From Octopus vulgaris (taxonomy: Eukaryota), in assembly GCA_951406725.2 (NCBI GenBank), contig OX597815.1, positions 159,712,001 to 159,776,000 on the forward strand: a stretch of DNA of 64,000 nucleotides, written 5' to 3'. This document shows, piece by piece, positions 1 to 12,650 of the stretch; the first letter of the stretch is position 1; each line of letters begins with the position of its first letter. The notes beneath the pieces are model-generated. The model worked only from the letters and a program-made list of their open reading frames with translations, ran no database searches and was not told the origin of the DNA. Both the position numbers and the translations under genes were made by a program.

Positions 1-64
1 CTTTTACTTTCCCCAATGGCTTTGTACCTTTCTCCAGGTACCATCTCTTCTACTATGGCCAAAA

Positions 65-136
65 GGCTTCAGCATGACTCAAGGCTTCAGCATAATTCAG
101 AGCTTCAGCATCACTCAGAGCTTCAGTGTGGCTCTG
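65..136. repeat. 18-bp tandem repeat, about 4 degenerate copies
   Basis: ggcttcagcatgactcaa / ggcttcagcataattcag / agcttcagcatcactcag / agcttcagtgtggctctg. Confidence 0.75.
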
Positions 137-373
137 CAGCTAAGGAGTAGGCACTTCAGCTCTCAGTGCTCGCGACTCTGATAATGAGGTGATTTGTTTG
201 AGAGGAAGAAAAGAAATATTGAAGTCTTATGAGCTAGCGTAAGGAAGAAGAGTAAGGGACTGGAAGTGTAAGGGTATGGATGTGAATATCAACATAATGA
301 CTGGAGGAAATTCCACAGAATGGGATTCTACATTCTAAATATTCATACTGTAGCTCTGACATATATAATATTA

Positions 374-545
374 ATTTCAAATTTTGAAACAAGGCCTGCA
401 ACTTCGGTGGGGGTTAAGTTGATTACATCGACCTTAGTGTTTAACTGGTACTTATTTTATCAACCCCAAAGGGATGAAAGGTAAAGTTGACCTAATTGGA
501 TTTTAAACTCAGAACATTAAAACAGACAAAACATACTATTGCTAC
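374..545 (-). mobile_element. Meta-domain-type tRNA-derived SINE (family B), partial
   Basis: Minus strand reads ttctgagtttaaaatcc...ggtcaactttacctttcatccctttggggttgataaaataagtaccag, matching other copies in the window. The gccttTcatcctt..ggggtcgataaa.taagtacc core resembles the Meta domain from recall. Confidence 0.75.
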
Positions 546-908
546 TTATTTAATCCCTTAACTCCTAATGCTCTTAATGAAGTATAGGCCATTTACAACT
601 TTCCTCTATTCTTGACTCTGGTCTGTTTGGTTGGGTCACTCTTTTAGTATGAAGGGAACCATATGTTTACCTGAGAGAAGACCTTCCTCTCTCAGGTCTT
701 GTGTCTTTGAATTGTCATCGAGGCTTCTGTAACTTTACTTTTTACTAGGTAGGGCTGTTGGCCCTATGCAAACCCACTTTTACCTGTAGGAAGAAGCAGT
801 CTATAGTTGTCTGGCCTCAATCCTTTGATTTGTCCAGCATAGAAGGCCTTTCTGCTACCTTAGCTCTCATGATCATTGAAGTATACTAGTCACCACACCA
901 CACTACAA
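545..908 (-). mobile_element. Decayed non-autonomous bipartite RTE-type retroelement (RTE 5'UTR-like part joined to RTE 3' end)
   Basis: Minus strand contains atgctggacaaatcaaaggattgaggccagac and gggtttgcatagggccaacagccctacctagtaaaaa (RTE 5'UTR-like), followed by ttgtaaatggcctatacttc (RTE 3'-end-like). Family assignment is from recall. Confidence 0.5.
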
Positions 909-1814
909 AAAGGACTGGATCTTGTGTTGGATATATGTTGTATAGTGGGTTGAGAACAAATTTTTTACTTCAACAAATGATATTATTCAAGCAATATGAA
1001 GGCAAAAATTTATCTTTAAGGAAGAAAATAGCCAACTTTCCAAAACATACTGCAAGTGAATCAGATTTTGATGTTTTCAGTCCTAGACAAGCTGCTTAAC
1101 TTCAATCTACAATAACACAAGAAGAAAATGGAATAAGACTTCAAGCAGAAAGGTTAAAAATTACTGAAAGGAGACGAATAAATCCCCTGTCATTCTTGTG
1201 AGAAACACAGAGAGAGAGAGAGTGGGTTTTGAGTGGGTGGATGAATGGTTAGACAGGCAGACAGAGGAGAGAGAGAGTGTGTGTGTGTGTGTGTGTGTGT
1301 GTGCACTTGCGCATGTGTGAGAAAGATTAAGATACAAGCAGGAAGAATGATTGTCGTTGATGATGATTTGATATGAAGTGACACAGCCTTAGCATTCTTA
1401 CTCCAAAGGAAATCAGTTTTCCATCATTGGAGTCTTTGCAATGACAGCAAATAAATGACAGGTCTAGTCTTTCAATAAAGTAGGTTTGTTTCTGCTGCAA
1501 ATGGTAGCCAGTCAAGACCATCTCTACATAACTCTGAGTAGAACAGAGAATCAAGGCGATCAAGTTGACTTGAAAACTTAAGGTCAAGATAAAGTGAGAG
1601 AATTTAGTGTCTTTACAAATGATATTGTAATAAAAAAATAATAACACTTAATATTTTTATTACTAAGATTCTGACTTGCATAATTCATTCCATGAACAAA
1701 TACATCCTGTTATTTAGTAAAAGTCAACTATGATATCACCATCCTTTTAATACTTTTTCATTTTGCTTTCTCATAACCACTTACTCCACGCACTTAAGTG
1801 CTCTATAGTATGTC

Positions 1815-2000
1815 GGTTTCGAATTCTGGCACAAGGCCAGCAATTTTAGTGAAGGGTTTAAGTCAGTTATATCAACCCCAGTGATCTACTGGTACTTATT
1901 TTGTCGACCTGACTGGAGTTTGAATTCAGAACATAAGGACATTCGAAATGCTGTTTGGCATTTTGCCAAGCATGCTAATGATTTTGATAGATCGCTACTT
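1815..2000 (-). mobile_element. Family B (Meta-type) SINE, decayed
   Basis: ggcacaaggccagcaatttt...ctggtacttattttgtcgacc...tttgaattcagaac...catgctaatgattttg, colinear with 2662-2875 and 25898-26131. Confidence 0.75.
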
Positions 2001-2021
2001 TTGAACCCTACAGTATATCAA

Positions 2022-2259
2022 CCCTTTAGCATTCAGTTTATTCTGTGAAATGTATTGCTTATTTATTCACATTGTTTTGAATTAATCGTGCATTATCTCG
2101 TAGCTTTAAGATTTAAATGATGTGATTGTTTATTTTTAGGTTGGCATTTTTAGGATTGTTTATTTTTAGGATGAAGTGTGTGAGGCCTGATCTGGCCATT
2201 TTGAACCCAAAACAGGTCAGATATTAGGGATGGATATGGCTGGATTAAATACTAAAGGG
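2022..2259. mobile_element. piggyBac-like MITE
   Basis: Terminal inverted repeats ccctttagcatt ... aatactaaaggg, flanked by tcaa / ttaa (TTAA-type target duplication). Related copies at 33110-33740 and 36512-36638. Confidence 0.75.
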
Positions 2260-2630
2260 TTAACCAGTATTAAATTGTCAAATGCTATTCCACTTCCATC
2301 CCCCTTCAATCTTATACATATATAAGCCTTGAAATTAATAATTTCATCTGTACTCTAATGATTTTGAAATTAAAAAAAAAAACATCACTAGTTTTGTAAG
2401 TGAAAAAATCAAATATCCCCACTCAACTACTTGTTGCAGAACTGAGGAGTTACCTCAATCCTTTATATATTAACCAAAATGAAGTAGATTGACAAAATTA
2501 TTTTTTGAAGACACACAAGATGTCGAAATATCGTTCAACAGATAACAATGGCACTCTTCTTTTAATTTTGATTCTATATCTTCTGGAGGAGTTACCTCAA
2601 TCCTTTATATACTACTACTACTACTACTAC

Positions 2631-2661
<31 letters not shown>

Positions 2662-2875
2662 CATTTCTACTGTAGGCACAAGGCCTGTAGATTTGGGGGA
2701 GGGTATAGTCAATTACATTGACCCCCAGTGCATAGCTGGTACTTATTTCATCAACCCTGAAAGGATGAAGGGCAAAGTTGACCTTGGCAGAATTTGAACT
2801 CAGAATGTAGCAGCAGACGAAAGACCGCTAATCATTTCGTCTGGTGTGCTAATGATCCTGCCAGCTTGTTGCCTT
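2662..2875 (-). mobile_element. Family B (Meta-type) SINE, near full length, inside (AAT)n
   Basis: Minus strand has head aaggcaacaagctggcaggatcattagc, B-box-like gagttcaaattc, the Meta-like core, and tail ggccttgtgcctacagtagaaa followed by (att)n. Confidence 0.8.
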
Positions 2876-3270
2876 TATAATAATAGTAATAATAATAGTC
2901 TTCTTAAATGTGACTTTGCTGAATAATCTAGTTCGTTCAGACAGAAAATGGGAAATGTTTGTGCATACAGTGTTGTTAAAGATGATATAAGAGTAAAAGA
3001 GGTAAAAGTTGTGATATAATAAGTCAGACAGAATAAATCAATAGCCATAGAAATGTATGGTAATCTTACTGCTGGGATGGCCGAATATTTATAGAATATT
3101 TGTAGAAATGTTTTGTTATGGAAACAATACATACATACATACATTTATATGTATGTGTGTGTGTGTGTGTATTTATGTGTGTATTTATGTGTATATATAT
3201 TTATTTATATATATATAGGTATTTATATATGTATATATATATTTATATATGTATATATATGTGTGTGTGT

Positions 3271-3525
3271 ATCATCATCATCATCATCATCATCATCATC
3301 GTTTAACGTCCGTTTTCCGCGCTAGCACGGGTTGGACGGTTTCGACCGGGGTCTGGGGAGCTCGGGACTGCCCCAGGCTCCAGTCTAGTCTGGCAGTGTT
3401 TCTACAGCTGGATGCCCTTCCTAACGCCAACCACTCCGCGAGTGTAGTGGGTGTTTTTTACGTGCCACCTGCACAGGTGCCAGAGGGGTCTGGCATCGGC
3501 CACGTTCGGATGGTGCTTTTTATGT
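3271..3525 (-). mobile_element. Family C SINE-like retroposon with (GAT)n tail
   Basis: Minus strand: ggtggcacgtaaaaaacacccactacactc..gtggttggcgttaggaagggcatccagctgtagaaac...ggacgttaaac(gat)n. At least 15 related copies or fragments occur in the window. Confidence 0.85.
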
Positions 3526-3747
3526 GGGGGGGGGATGCAGAAATATATAGGGGAGCACCAGTGGGGAGGGGTGGTTCAGAGAAATGATGACAGGTTCTAG
3601 GCAAGTAGAACGTAGGATATCAAGAGAGGGTAATGCATGGTGAAATAGCGTGTTGAAGAGGGGGGTTCGAAGAGTAGACACCTATAATGGTGGTGGGAGA
3701 AGCGACATCCGGTATAGATGGAACAAAAATATAGAGATATCCGGTAT

Positions 3748-3905
3748 TGGTGGTGGTGGTGGTGGTGGTGGTGGTGGTGGTGGTGGTGGTGGTGGTGGTG
3801 GTGGTGGTGGTGGTGGTGGTGGTGGTGGTGGTGGTGGTGGTGGTGGTGGTGGTGGTGGTGGTGGTGGTGGTGGTGGTGGTGGTGGTGGTGGTGGTGGTGG
3901 TGGTG
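3748..3905. repeat. (GGT)n microsatellite, about 52 units
   Basis: Pure tggtggtgg run; it produces the poly-G/W/V/T ORFs. Confidence 0.98.
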
Positions 3906-3991
3906 GGGGTGGGCAAGGGCGGGTGCACCGGGAATATGCGAAGGTTGAACTTTAGAGAAACGGGCGGGAATGGCGATGTTTTTAGGGTGGC

Positions 3992-4831
<840 letters not shown>

Positions 4832-4961
4832 CTTGTTTTTATGTCAAGTTATATGTTTAACGATTTAACTTTAGACTGAACAATTGCTGAATACTTTTTA
4901 GTAGAGTTTATGTTTGTTAAACTTAAACAAGAAGGGAGGCGTCAGGTTGAAACTTCAAAGT

Positions 4962-5337
4962 TTCAGCCATTTGACTGCTGCTATGCTGGAGCACCAGCTT
5001 AAAAGGTTTTTTTTTAGTCAAAGAAATTTACCCGAGGAGTTATTCTTTGTAAACCTTGTACTTATTTTATCAGTCTCTTTTGCCAAACTGCTAAGTTACA
5101 GGGATGTAAAGACACCAGCATCAGTTGTCAAGTGATGGTGAGTAGATAAACACAGACACAAAGACACACGCACACACGTACGTCTTTCAGTTTCTGTCTG
5201 CCAAATCCACTCTCAAGTGTTTGGTCGACCCAAGACTAAAGTAGAAGACACTTGCTCAAGGCGCCACACAATGGGACTGAACCTGGAACTATGCTGTTTG
5301 GAAGCAAGCTTCTTACCACACAGCATTTCCTGTGCCT
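4962..5337 (-). mobile_element. Family A tRNA-derived SINE, near full length
   Basis: Minus strand has a tRNA-like head (gctgtgtggtaagaagcttgcttcc...ggttcagtccca), a CORE-like ccttgagcaagtgtcttctac segment, an internal (TG)n, and tail ggtgctccagcatagcagcagtcaaatggctgaaa. Confidence 0.85.
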
Positions 5338-5649
5338 ATATACATATATATATATATGTGTGTGTGTGTGTGTTATTTTATTTTATTGTTTAGTCTTTTA
5401 TTCTTTTATGCATCTCAACCCAAAGGCTGTAGCCATGCTGAGACACAGCCAGTATCATCACCTTTTCAGTGGCCATTCTCTCTTTATTGCCTTTTGATGT
5501 AGGAAAGAGCTTGGTACTACTGCCCTCTTTTGAGTTTCTTGCCCTGATGTAGTTGTGTGTGGGATCTTGGCCAGCAGAAGGTGAAGTTACTGCTTGAGAA
5601 GCATCTACATCTGCTCCTTACAGATTTCTCATTTATTTGGCAAAATGCA

Positions 5650-5822
5650 TGTTAAAAAGCACCAAGCACTCACTGTAAAGTGGTTGGTGTTAAGAAAGGC
5701 ATCCAACCAAAGAAATGAAGCCAAATCAGACTGGAACCTGGTGCAACTTTCTTGCTTGTCAGCTCTTATCAAAGCCATTCAACTCATGCCAGCATGGAAA
5801 ATGGACATTAAAGAATGAAGAT
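5650..5822 (+). mobile_element. Family C retroposon, decayed
   Basis: gtggttggtgttaagaaaggcatccaacc...ccagcatggaaaatggacattaaag. Confidence 0.75.
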
Positions 5823-6850
5823 GGCATTGATAGTGATATATCATAGAAAAATAAAATGGATTCTTGAATATTTGTTTAAGATCTAAATTTTTTATAAATC
5901 AGTGCTGTGACTGACTGTAAATAAGATTTTCTCAAAAATGGTAGTCAGGAGTAAAGTATTGGTGCATGAATGTCACTAATGCTCTCACATATCAATGTTA
6001 ACATAAACCATATTACATAACTTCTGTTATGATTTATTTCAGATATCATATATTATCACAATGCTAGATAGCGACAGTTTTTCTTTTCCATATAAAATGT
6101 TCTTCCTTTTAAGAAGTTTAAAGCATATATATATATGTAAAAGTCTGTCATCTCATTTATCTTAGTCTCAGGTTATAAATGGATACATTCAATAATAACA
6201 GTTACTTCTTATGTACATAACTATTAAGATGACATAGATTTTCCTTCATACTATTTCACCTGGTACAGTTCAAGAGTTGGTTTGTGGGTGAGGTACAGAA
6301 TGTTCTTTCAAGTAAGCTTGTCATTTATATCTATTCAAAAGTGAATTTTATTTTCCAACTCTCACTTATCACCTGCTGCTTGCTGAGGAATGAAGAGGAC
6401 ATTAAAATCCATGGATACTCATTGGCTGGTTTTTCTGGCAAGCTAAATATTCATTCTATCACAATTTAGTTAAGAATATTTATTTTCTAAATGCCTTTCT
6501 ACTAAGTAGATATGAAGAATACACACTAATCTGATTACATTTTGATGATGGCAAGAGATGAAGCGACATGAATTAGAATCATTCAATGCTGAAAGTAGAA
6601 CCCGGTATATTCAACAGATAACCTGACATAACACGTTTATCATCATTTTCATCTCTAATATCTGAGTATTATATTGGCTTGTATTGGCTTTATAAGCTGT
6701 TTAATAATAAGCCCTCTTTGGAAACTCTTTAGTCATTCAGCAATGAACTGTAAGATGTAATTAAATGATGTTGTTTGATGTAAATGAAAGGAAAAATCCT
6801 TAATGTTTAATACAAAAGTGAAACTCATCTAAAATCATTCACCAAAAGTT

Positions 6851-6920
6851 ATATATGTATATAGTATATATGTATATAGTATATATGTATATAGTATATA
6901 TGTATATAGTATATATGTAT
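6851..6920. repeat. 15-bp tandem repeat (atatatgtatatagt) x4.6
   Basis: Exact tandem copies. Confidence 0.9.
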
Positions 6921-7757
6921 TTATGTACGTGTTTGTATATTGTGTGTGTATGAGTGTGTTCAACTTAAGTTGATGTTATACATCCAACAGATAATGCTAA
7001 ATTTATTTCTCTCTATTCTCTGTAAATCTTTGTTAAATACCCATTTTTTTACTGCTAGCCATCATCACACTATTTACAGGTATTTTATAGTCTGTTGTTT
7101 GTGCTCAGGGAGGGAGGGAGGGAGAGAGAGAGAAAGAAAAGGGAAACCCTTTGTTGCTCAGAGAAGTAACCAACAGATTTGTGAAGTCTTTCCCCTCCTC
7201 CGTTTACCTTCGCTTCCATATTTTCATTACAAACATCTCCGGTAGTAATTTGATCACCTGGATAACAGAAGGTATATACTTCTAGCAAAATATCACCTTG
7301 ATTCATTATTGATGACTCTCCAGAAATATCAAATAGTTTCTTTCTTGGAATTAAGCTTCAAATGCCTGAAAATTGCACCCTCAGGCTGATGTAAATGCTA
7401 TCATATTTTCCTGGGAAGCAGGACTTGCATGGTTTTGACCCCCTGTACAGGACTCATTGCAGATTACTAATTCTCTAATCTTCTTACACCTCCCTATATT
7501 ATTTCAGCTACTACTATACTGTCACAACAACTACCTGCAGCTCTAATTAGGTTGCCTGTTTCCCGCACCTGAATGCACTGATCCTCGCTACAGGTGGTGA
7601 CCAGCTTGTAAGTATAGGAACTAATGTAAGAAAAATGGTTGGATGTCTAGGTAGTGGTGACTTCTGTTGGTAATGAAACCTTTCCTATCTTAGTGTAGAA
7701 TTAAGATTATATGAAGGTTCTTGAAGAAGTTTGGTATTGCATGGTAGTGAGAGATTG

Positions 7758-7910
7758 GTTTCACATTTTGGCACAAGGCCAGCAATTTTGATGGAGCGTT
7801 AAGTCGACTATATCAGTCCCCACCCCCAGTGCTCAACTGGCGCTTTTATTGACGCTGAAAAGATGAAAGGTAAAGTCAACCTTGGTGAAATTTGAACTCA
7901 AAATATAAGA
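7758..7910 (-). mobile_element. Family B (Meta-type) SINE, partial
   Basis: ttttggcacaaggccagcaatttt...gatgaaaggtaaagtcaaccttggtgaaatttgaactca. Confidence 0.75.
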
Positions 7911-8611
7911 ATGGGTAGTGAGAGGTATTGAGTGATGGGTATGTGGATGCTGGAGGGAAATGAATCAGGTGATTGTCTTCTAAACTTAGACTCTGCCAAG
8001 GCCTCACTTCAGAAGAAACCCCCACACATGCATGCACACATGTATAAATAGGTTCACTGGATTACCAAAAGTGAAGTCATTAATTTCATTGATAACTCTG
8101 GCAGGAAAGAAATATTGAGTTAAGTGTGTGTGTGTGTGTGTGCATTCACATATGCATTTGTGCGCCAGTAAATCATATGTTTCTTATAGATTAATTCAAC
8201 AATAAACAATATAAGAACTAGTTAAAACAAAATGCATATACTTCTCTAATTACCAGTCTCCTTATCTCTCTCTCTCTCTCTCTCTCTTCTTCTTCTCTTT
8301 CTCTCTTCCTCTTCCTTTCTCTGTCTCTCATTCCATACATACCTATTTATTTTTGCAAACCTTATGTATTTTCTGTTCTTTCCTCTTTCTCCTATCTCTT
8401 CTGCTACCTCTCCCCTTCTCTATTCTTTTTATTTGTTATGCTATGTTCTTGTCAATTCCTATATGAGGGTTTCATTACAGGGTTTGCTACCCTCTGGCTA
8501 GACTTATTATCCTGGCATCAAAATATTGATAAATGTCCACCTTATATTTCCAATTGCTGATTTCACCAAAACAGTTATTTTTCCTTAAATGTACGAATGT
8601 ATGTATATATT

Positions 8612-8656
<45 letters not shown>

Positions 8657-8889
8657 GAAAAAACAAGTCAAGATAGAAAATGCTAAAATAATTTTATAAA
8701 GAACATTTCAGTACCGGTTTTGGTCATTTTGAGACCTTTTCAACTGTAACGATTAAATAATTAAATTTAGAAAAATTAAAAGAAAAGTTTTTAAAGGAAT
8801 ATTTGTATAGTGTTCAAATATAAGTGGCATTTTCCTTGTTTCTGCCTTTCTCTGTCTCTCTTGTTTGCACTTGTGTGTTCGAGGTTGTT

Positions 8890-8893
<4 letters not shown>
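8657..8893 (-). mobile_element. Probable Penelope-like element terminus (pLTR fragment) inside (TA)n
   Basis: Unique sequence flanked by (TA)n on both sides, carrying a minimal hammerhead-like motif at 8705-8750. Confidence 0.55.
8705..8750 (-). ncRNA. Minimal type I hammerhead-like motif, U3-A8 core variant; G12->A in this copy
   Basis: Minus strand: ttacag-TTGAAAA-GGTC tcaaaat GACC-AAAA-CCG-GTA-ctgaaa. Helix I cag/ctg, helix II 4 bp, palindromic ACCGGT helix III, GUA cleavage triplet. Confidence 0.6.
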
Positions 8894-8928
<35 letters not shown>

Positions 8929-9207
8929 TTGTCTATAAAGTTAAGTCACAATATATGGACTCAAGTAACTTGGTAGTACTCATAAAAAAAGTTCTTTTTA
9001 TGTATCATTAATGAACATAGAAAATATATTGTACAACACAAGTTATGAAACAATTTGTCTTGATATTAGAGTTTTTTTTATGGTTAAATAAAATTCCATC
9101 AGACCATTTCTCTGTCATTTATGACTTTATATATATATATATAAATGTAATGTTATGCTACATCCTAATACTCATTTGAGATATATATATATATATATAT
9201 ATATATA

Positions 9208-9460
9208 CAGGGGTTGGACAAAATAATGGAAACACATTAAAATTTCAAACAAACGTATTTTAATATGGAGTAGGACTGCCTTTGGTAGTAATTACAGCTT
9301 GAATTCTATGAGGTATTCTTTAGACTGACACGTCTTTCTGAGGCATTTTTCAGACAATTACAGTCCCTGTTAGTGTATGTTTTCATTCATGTGCATTAAC
9401 TACAGCATTAAAGCAGTTTAGCTCTTATTTCTAGCAATGTAGGTGTTTTTTAACACCCTA
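9208..9460. mobile_element. Internally deleted Tc1 derivative, same family as 12651-13866
   Basis: Begins TA|caggggttggacaaaataatggaaacac. The first ~108 bp match 12651-12760, and the end is a degenerate ggtgtttttt..aacacccta TIR. Confidence 0.8.
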
Positions 9461-9474
9461 GTGACAGTTAGTGA

Positions 9475-9985
9475 TTATCATCATCATCATCATCGTTTAA
9501 CGTCCGCTTTCCATGCTAGCATGGGTTGGACGGTTCCACTGGGGTCTGGCAAGCTCGAAGGCTGCACCAGGTCAGTCAGATCTGGCAGTGTTTCTACAGC
9601 TGGATGCCCTTCCTAACGCCAACCACTCCGAGAGTGTAGTGGGTGATTTTATGTGCCACCGACACAGGTGCCAGACGAGGCTGGCAGACGGTCACGCTCG
9701 GATGGTGTTTTTATGTGCCACCGATACAGGTGCCAGACGAGGCTGGCAGATGGCCACGCTCGGATGGTGTTTTCTTATGTGCCACCGACACAAGTGCCAG
9801 ACGAGGCTGGCGAACGGCCACGCTCGGATGTTGTTTGTTACGTGCCCACAGCACGGAGGCCAGTCGATGCGGTACTAGCTATGGTCACGTTCGGATGGTT
9901 TTCTTATGTGCCACCCACAAGGATACAAATTCCATTGATGTTCATCTATTTTTATTTAGTTTGATTTGATTTGATTTTGATTGTA
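9475..9985 (-). mobile_element. Family C retroposon with ~60-bp internal repeats and (ATCAA)n 5' end
   Basis: Reverse complement of the last array unit at 12140-12630. Confidence 0.9.
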
Positions 9986-10027
9986 TATATATATATATAA
10001 ATATATTTGATTTGATTTGATTTTGAT

Positions 10028-10064
<37 letters not shown>

Positions 10065-10065
10065 G

Positions 10066-10228
10066 CACCAGTATAAGCACACGTGAAACAAGGTGGAAAA
10101 AAGAGTAATCAGATACCAGAGGTAGAGTAATATGCTTTATTTAAAAGTAGCAGAAATATAACAAAAGCTGTTGCTCAGAGTTTCACGTTCCCATTCATCC
10201 GACAAACTGTTTTTAAATAAAGCATATA
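10066..10228 (-). mobile_element. Penelope-like element terminus with degenerate hammerhead, same family as 50121-50317
   Basis: Reverse complement aligns to 50187-50317. Motif tgt-CGGATGA-ATG GGAA CGT-GAAAC TCTGA GCA-acag at 10168-10205. Flanked by (TA)n. Confidence 0.7.
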
Positions 10229-10248
10229 TATATATATATATATATATA

Positions 10249-12630
10249 TCAAACCAAATCAAAATAGATGAACATCAATGGAATTTGTATCTTTGTGGTT
10301 CCAGTACCGGTGGCACACAAGAAAACCATCCGAACGTGGCCGTAGCCAGTACCGCATCGACTGGCCTCCGTGCTGTGGGCACAACAAACACCATCTGATC
10401 GTGGCCGTTCGCCAGCCTCATCTGGCACCTGTGTCGGTGGCACATAAAGACACCATCCGAAGACCCGGCGATGTAGTCAGTCCACCTGTGCATACCTTCC
10501 CTCTTATGACACTTGTGAAGACCTGTTGAGGCAAGTGTGTGACACTTGTGAAGACCTGTTGAGGCAGAGGCAAGTGTGTGACACTTGTGGAGACCTGTTG
10601 AGGCAAGTGTGTGACCCTTGTGAAGACCTGTTGAGGCAAGTGAAAATCAAAAATCAAATCAAACCAAATCAAAATAGATGAACATCAATGGAATTTGTAT
10701 CTTTGTGGTTCCAGTACCGGTGGCACACAAGAAAACCATCCGAACGTGGCCGTAGCCAGTACCGCATCGACTGGCCTCCGTGCTGTGGGCACAACAAACA
10801 CCATCTGATCGTGGCCGTTCGCCAGCCTCATCTGGCACCTGTGTCGGTGGCACATAAAAACACCATCCGAAGACCCGGCGACGTAGTCAGTCCACCTGTG
10901 CATACCTTCCCTCTTATGACACTTGTGAAGACCTGTTGAGGCAAGTGTGTGACACTTGTGAAGACCTGTTGAGGCAGAGGCAAGTGTGTGACACTTTGTG
11001 AAGACCTGTTGAGGCAGAGGCAAATGTGTGACACTTGTGGAGACGTGTTGAGGCAAGTGTGTGACACGTGTGACACTTGTGAAGACCTGTTGAGGCAAGT
11101 GAAAATCAAACCAAACTTGTGAAGACCTGTTGAGGCAATTGAGGCAAGTGAAAATCAAACCAAACTTGTGAAGACCTGTTGAGGCAAGTGAAAATCAAAC
11201 CAAATCAAAATAGATGAACATCAATGGAATTTGTATCTTTGTGGTTCCAGTACCGGTGGCACACAAGAAAACCATCCGATCGTGGCCGTTCGCCAGCCTC
11301 ATCTGACACCTGTGTCAGTGGCACATAAAAACACCATCCGAAGACCCGGCGACGTAGTCAGTCCACCTGTGCATACCTTCCTACTTATGACACTTGTGAA
11401 GACCTGTTGAGGCAAGTGAAAATCAAAATCAAAATCAAATCAAATCAAATCAAACCAAATCAAAATAGATGAACATCAATGGAATTTGTATCTTTGTGGT
11501 ACCAGTACCGGTGGCACACAAGAAAACCATCCGAACGTGGCCGTAGCCAGTACCGCATCGACTGGCCTCTGTGATGTGGGCACATAACAAACACCATCCG
11601 ATCGTGGCCGTCCGCCAGCCTCATCTGGCACCTGTGTCGGTGGCACATAAAAACACCAACCGAAGACCCGGCAAGACTAGTCAGGCCATAACCCATGGCC
11701 CCTACTTGGGACGTAGTCAGTCCACCTGTGCATACCTTCCTTCCTTCTTGTGACACTTGTGAAGACCTGTGAAGACCTGTTGAGGCAAGTGAAAATCAAA
11801 TCAAATCAAATCAAAATAGATGAACATCAATGGAATTTGTATCTTGTGGTACCAGTGCCGGTGGCACACAAGAAAACCATCCGAACGTGGCCGTAGCCAG
11901 TACCGCATCGACTGGCCTCCGTGCTGTGGGCACGCAACAAACACCATCCGATCGTGGCCGTTCGCCAGCCTCATCTGGCACCTGTGTCGGTGGCACATAA
12001 AAACACCATCCGAAGACCCGGCAAGACTAGTCAGGCCATAACCCGTGGCCCCTACCTGGGACGTAGTCAGTCCACCTGTGCATACCTTCCTTCTTGTGAC
12101 ACTTGTGAAGACCTGTTGAGGCAAGTGAAAATCAAATCAAATCAAAACAAATCAAAATAGATGAACATCAATGGAATTTGTATCTTTGTGGTACCAGTGC
12201 CGGTGGCACACAAGAAAATCATCCGAACGTGGCCGTAGCCAGTACCGCATAGACTGGCTTCCGTGCTTTGGGGACGTAACAAACACCATCCGATCGTGGC
12301 CGTCCGCCAGCCTCATCTGGCACCTGTGTCGGTGGCACATAAAACACCATCCGAGCGTGGCCGTCTGCCAGCCTCGTCTGGCACCTGTGTCGGTGGCACA
12401 TAAAAACACCATCCGAGCGTGGCCGTTCGCCAGCCTCGTCTGGCACCTGTGTCGGTGGCACATAAAATCACCCACTACACTCTTGGAGTGGTTGGCGTTA
12501 GGAAGGGCATCCAGCTGTAGAAACACTGCCAGATCTGACTGGCCTGGTGCAGCCTTCGGGCTCCCCAGACCCCAGTTGAACCGTCCAACCCATGCTAGCA
12601 TGGAAAACGGACGCTAAATGATGATGATGA
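10249..12630 (+). repeat. Head-to-tail array of six family-C-derived units with nested 33-bp and 60-bp subrepeats
   Basis: The marker aaaatagatgaacatcaatgg occurs at 10261, 10671, 11207, 11462, 11813 and 12154. Units are separated by (ATCAA)n, and only the last one carries the body and (GAT)n tail. Confidence 0.92.
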
Positions 12631-12650
12631 TATATATATATATATACATA

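Noticed and set aside
1327-1647. 106-aa minus-strand ORF as a host exon
   Set aside because: No recognisable domain and no convincing splice pair
10500-11200. CRISPR-like appearance of the ~33-bp repeats
   Set aside because: The repeats are contiguous without unique spacers, there are no cas genes, and the context is a eukaryotic retroposon
9513-12617. Many overlapping 60-157 aa ORFs (MCHRHRCQTRLADGH repeats)
   Set aside because: They are translations of GC-rich family C subrepeats in several frames
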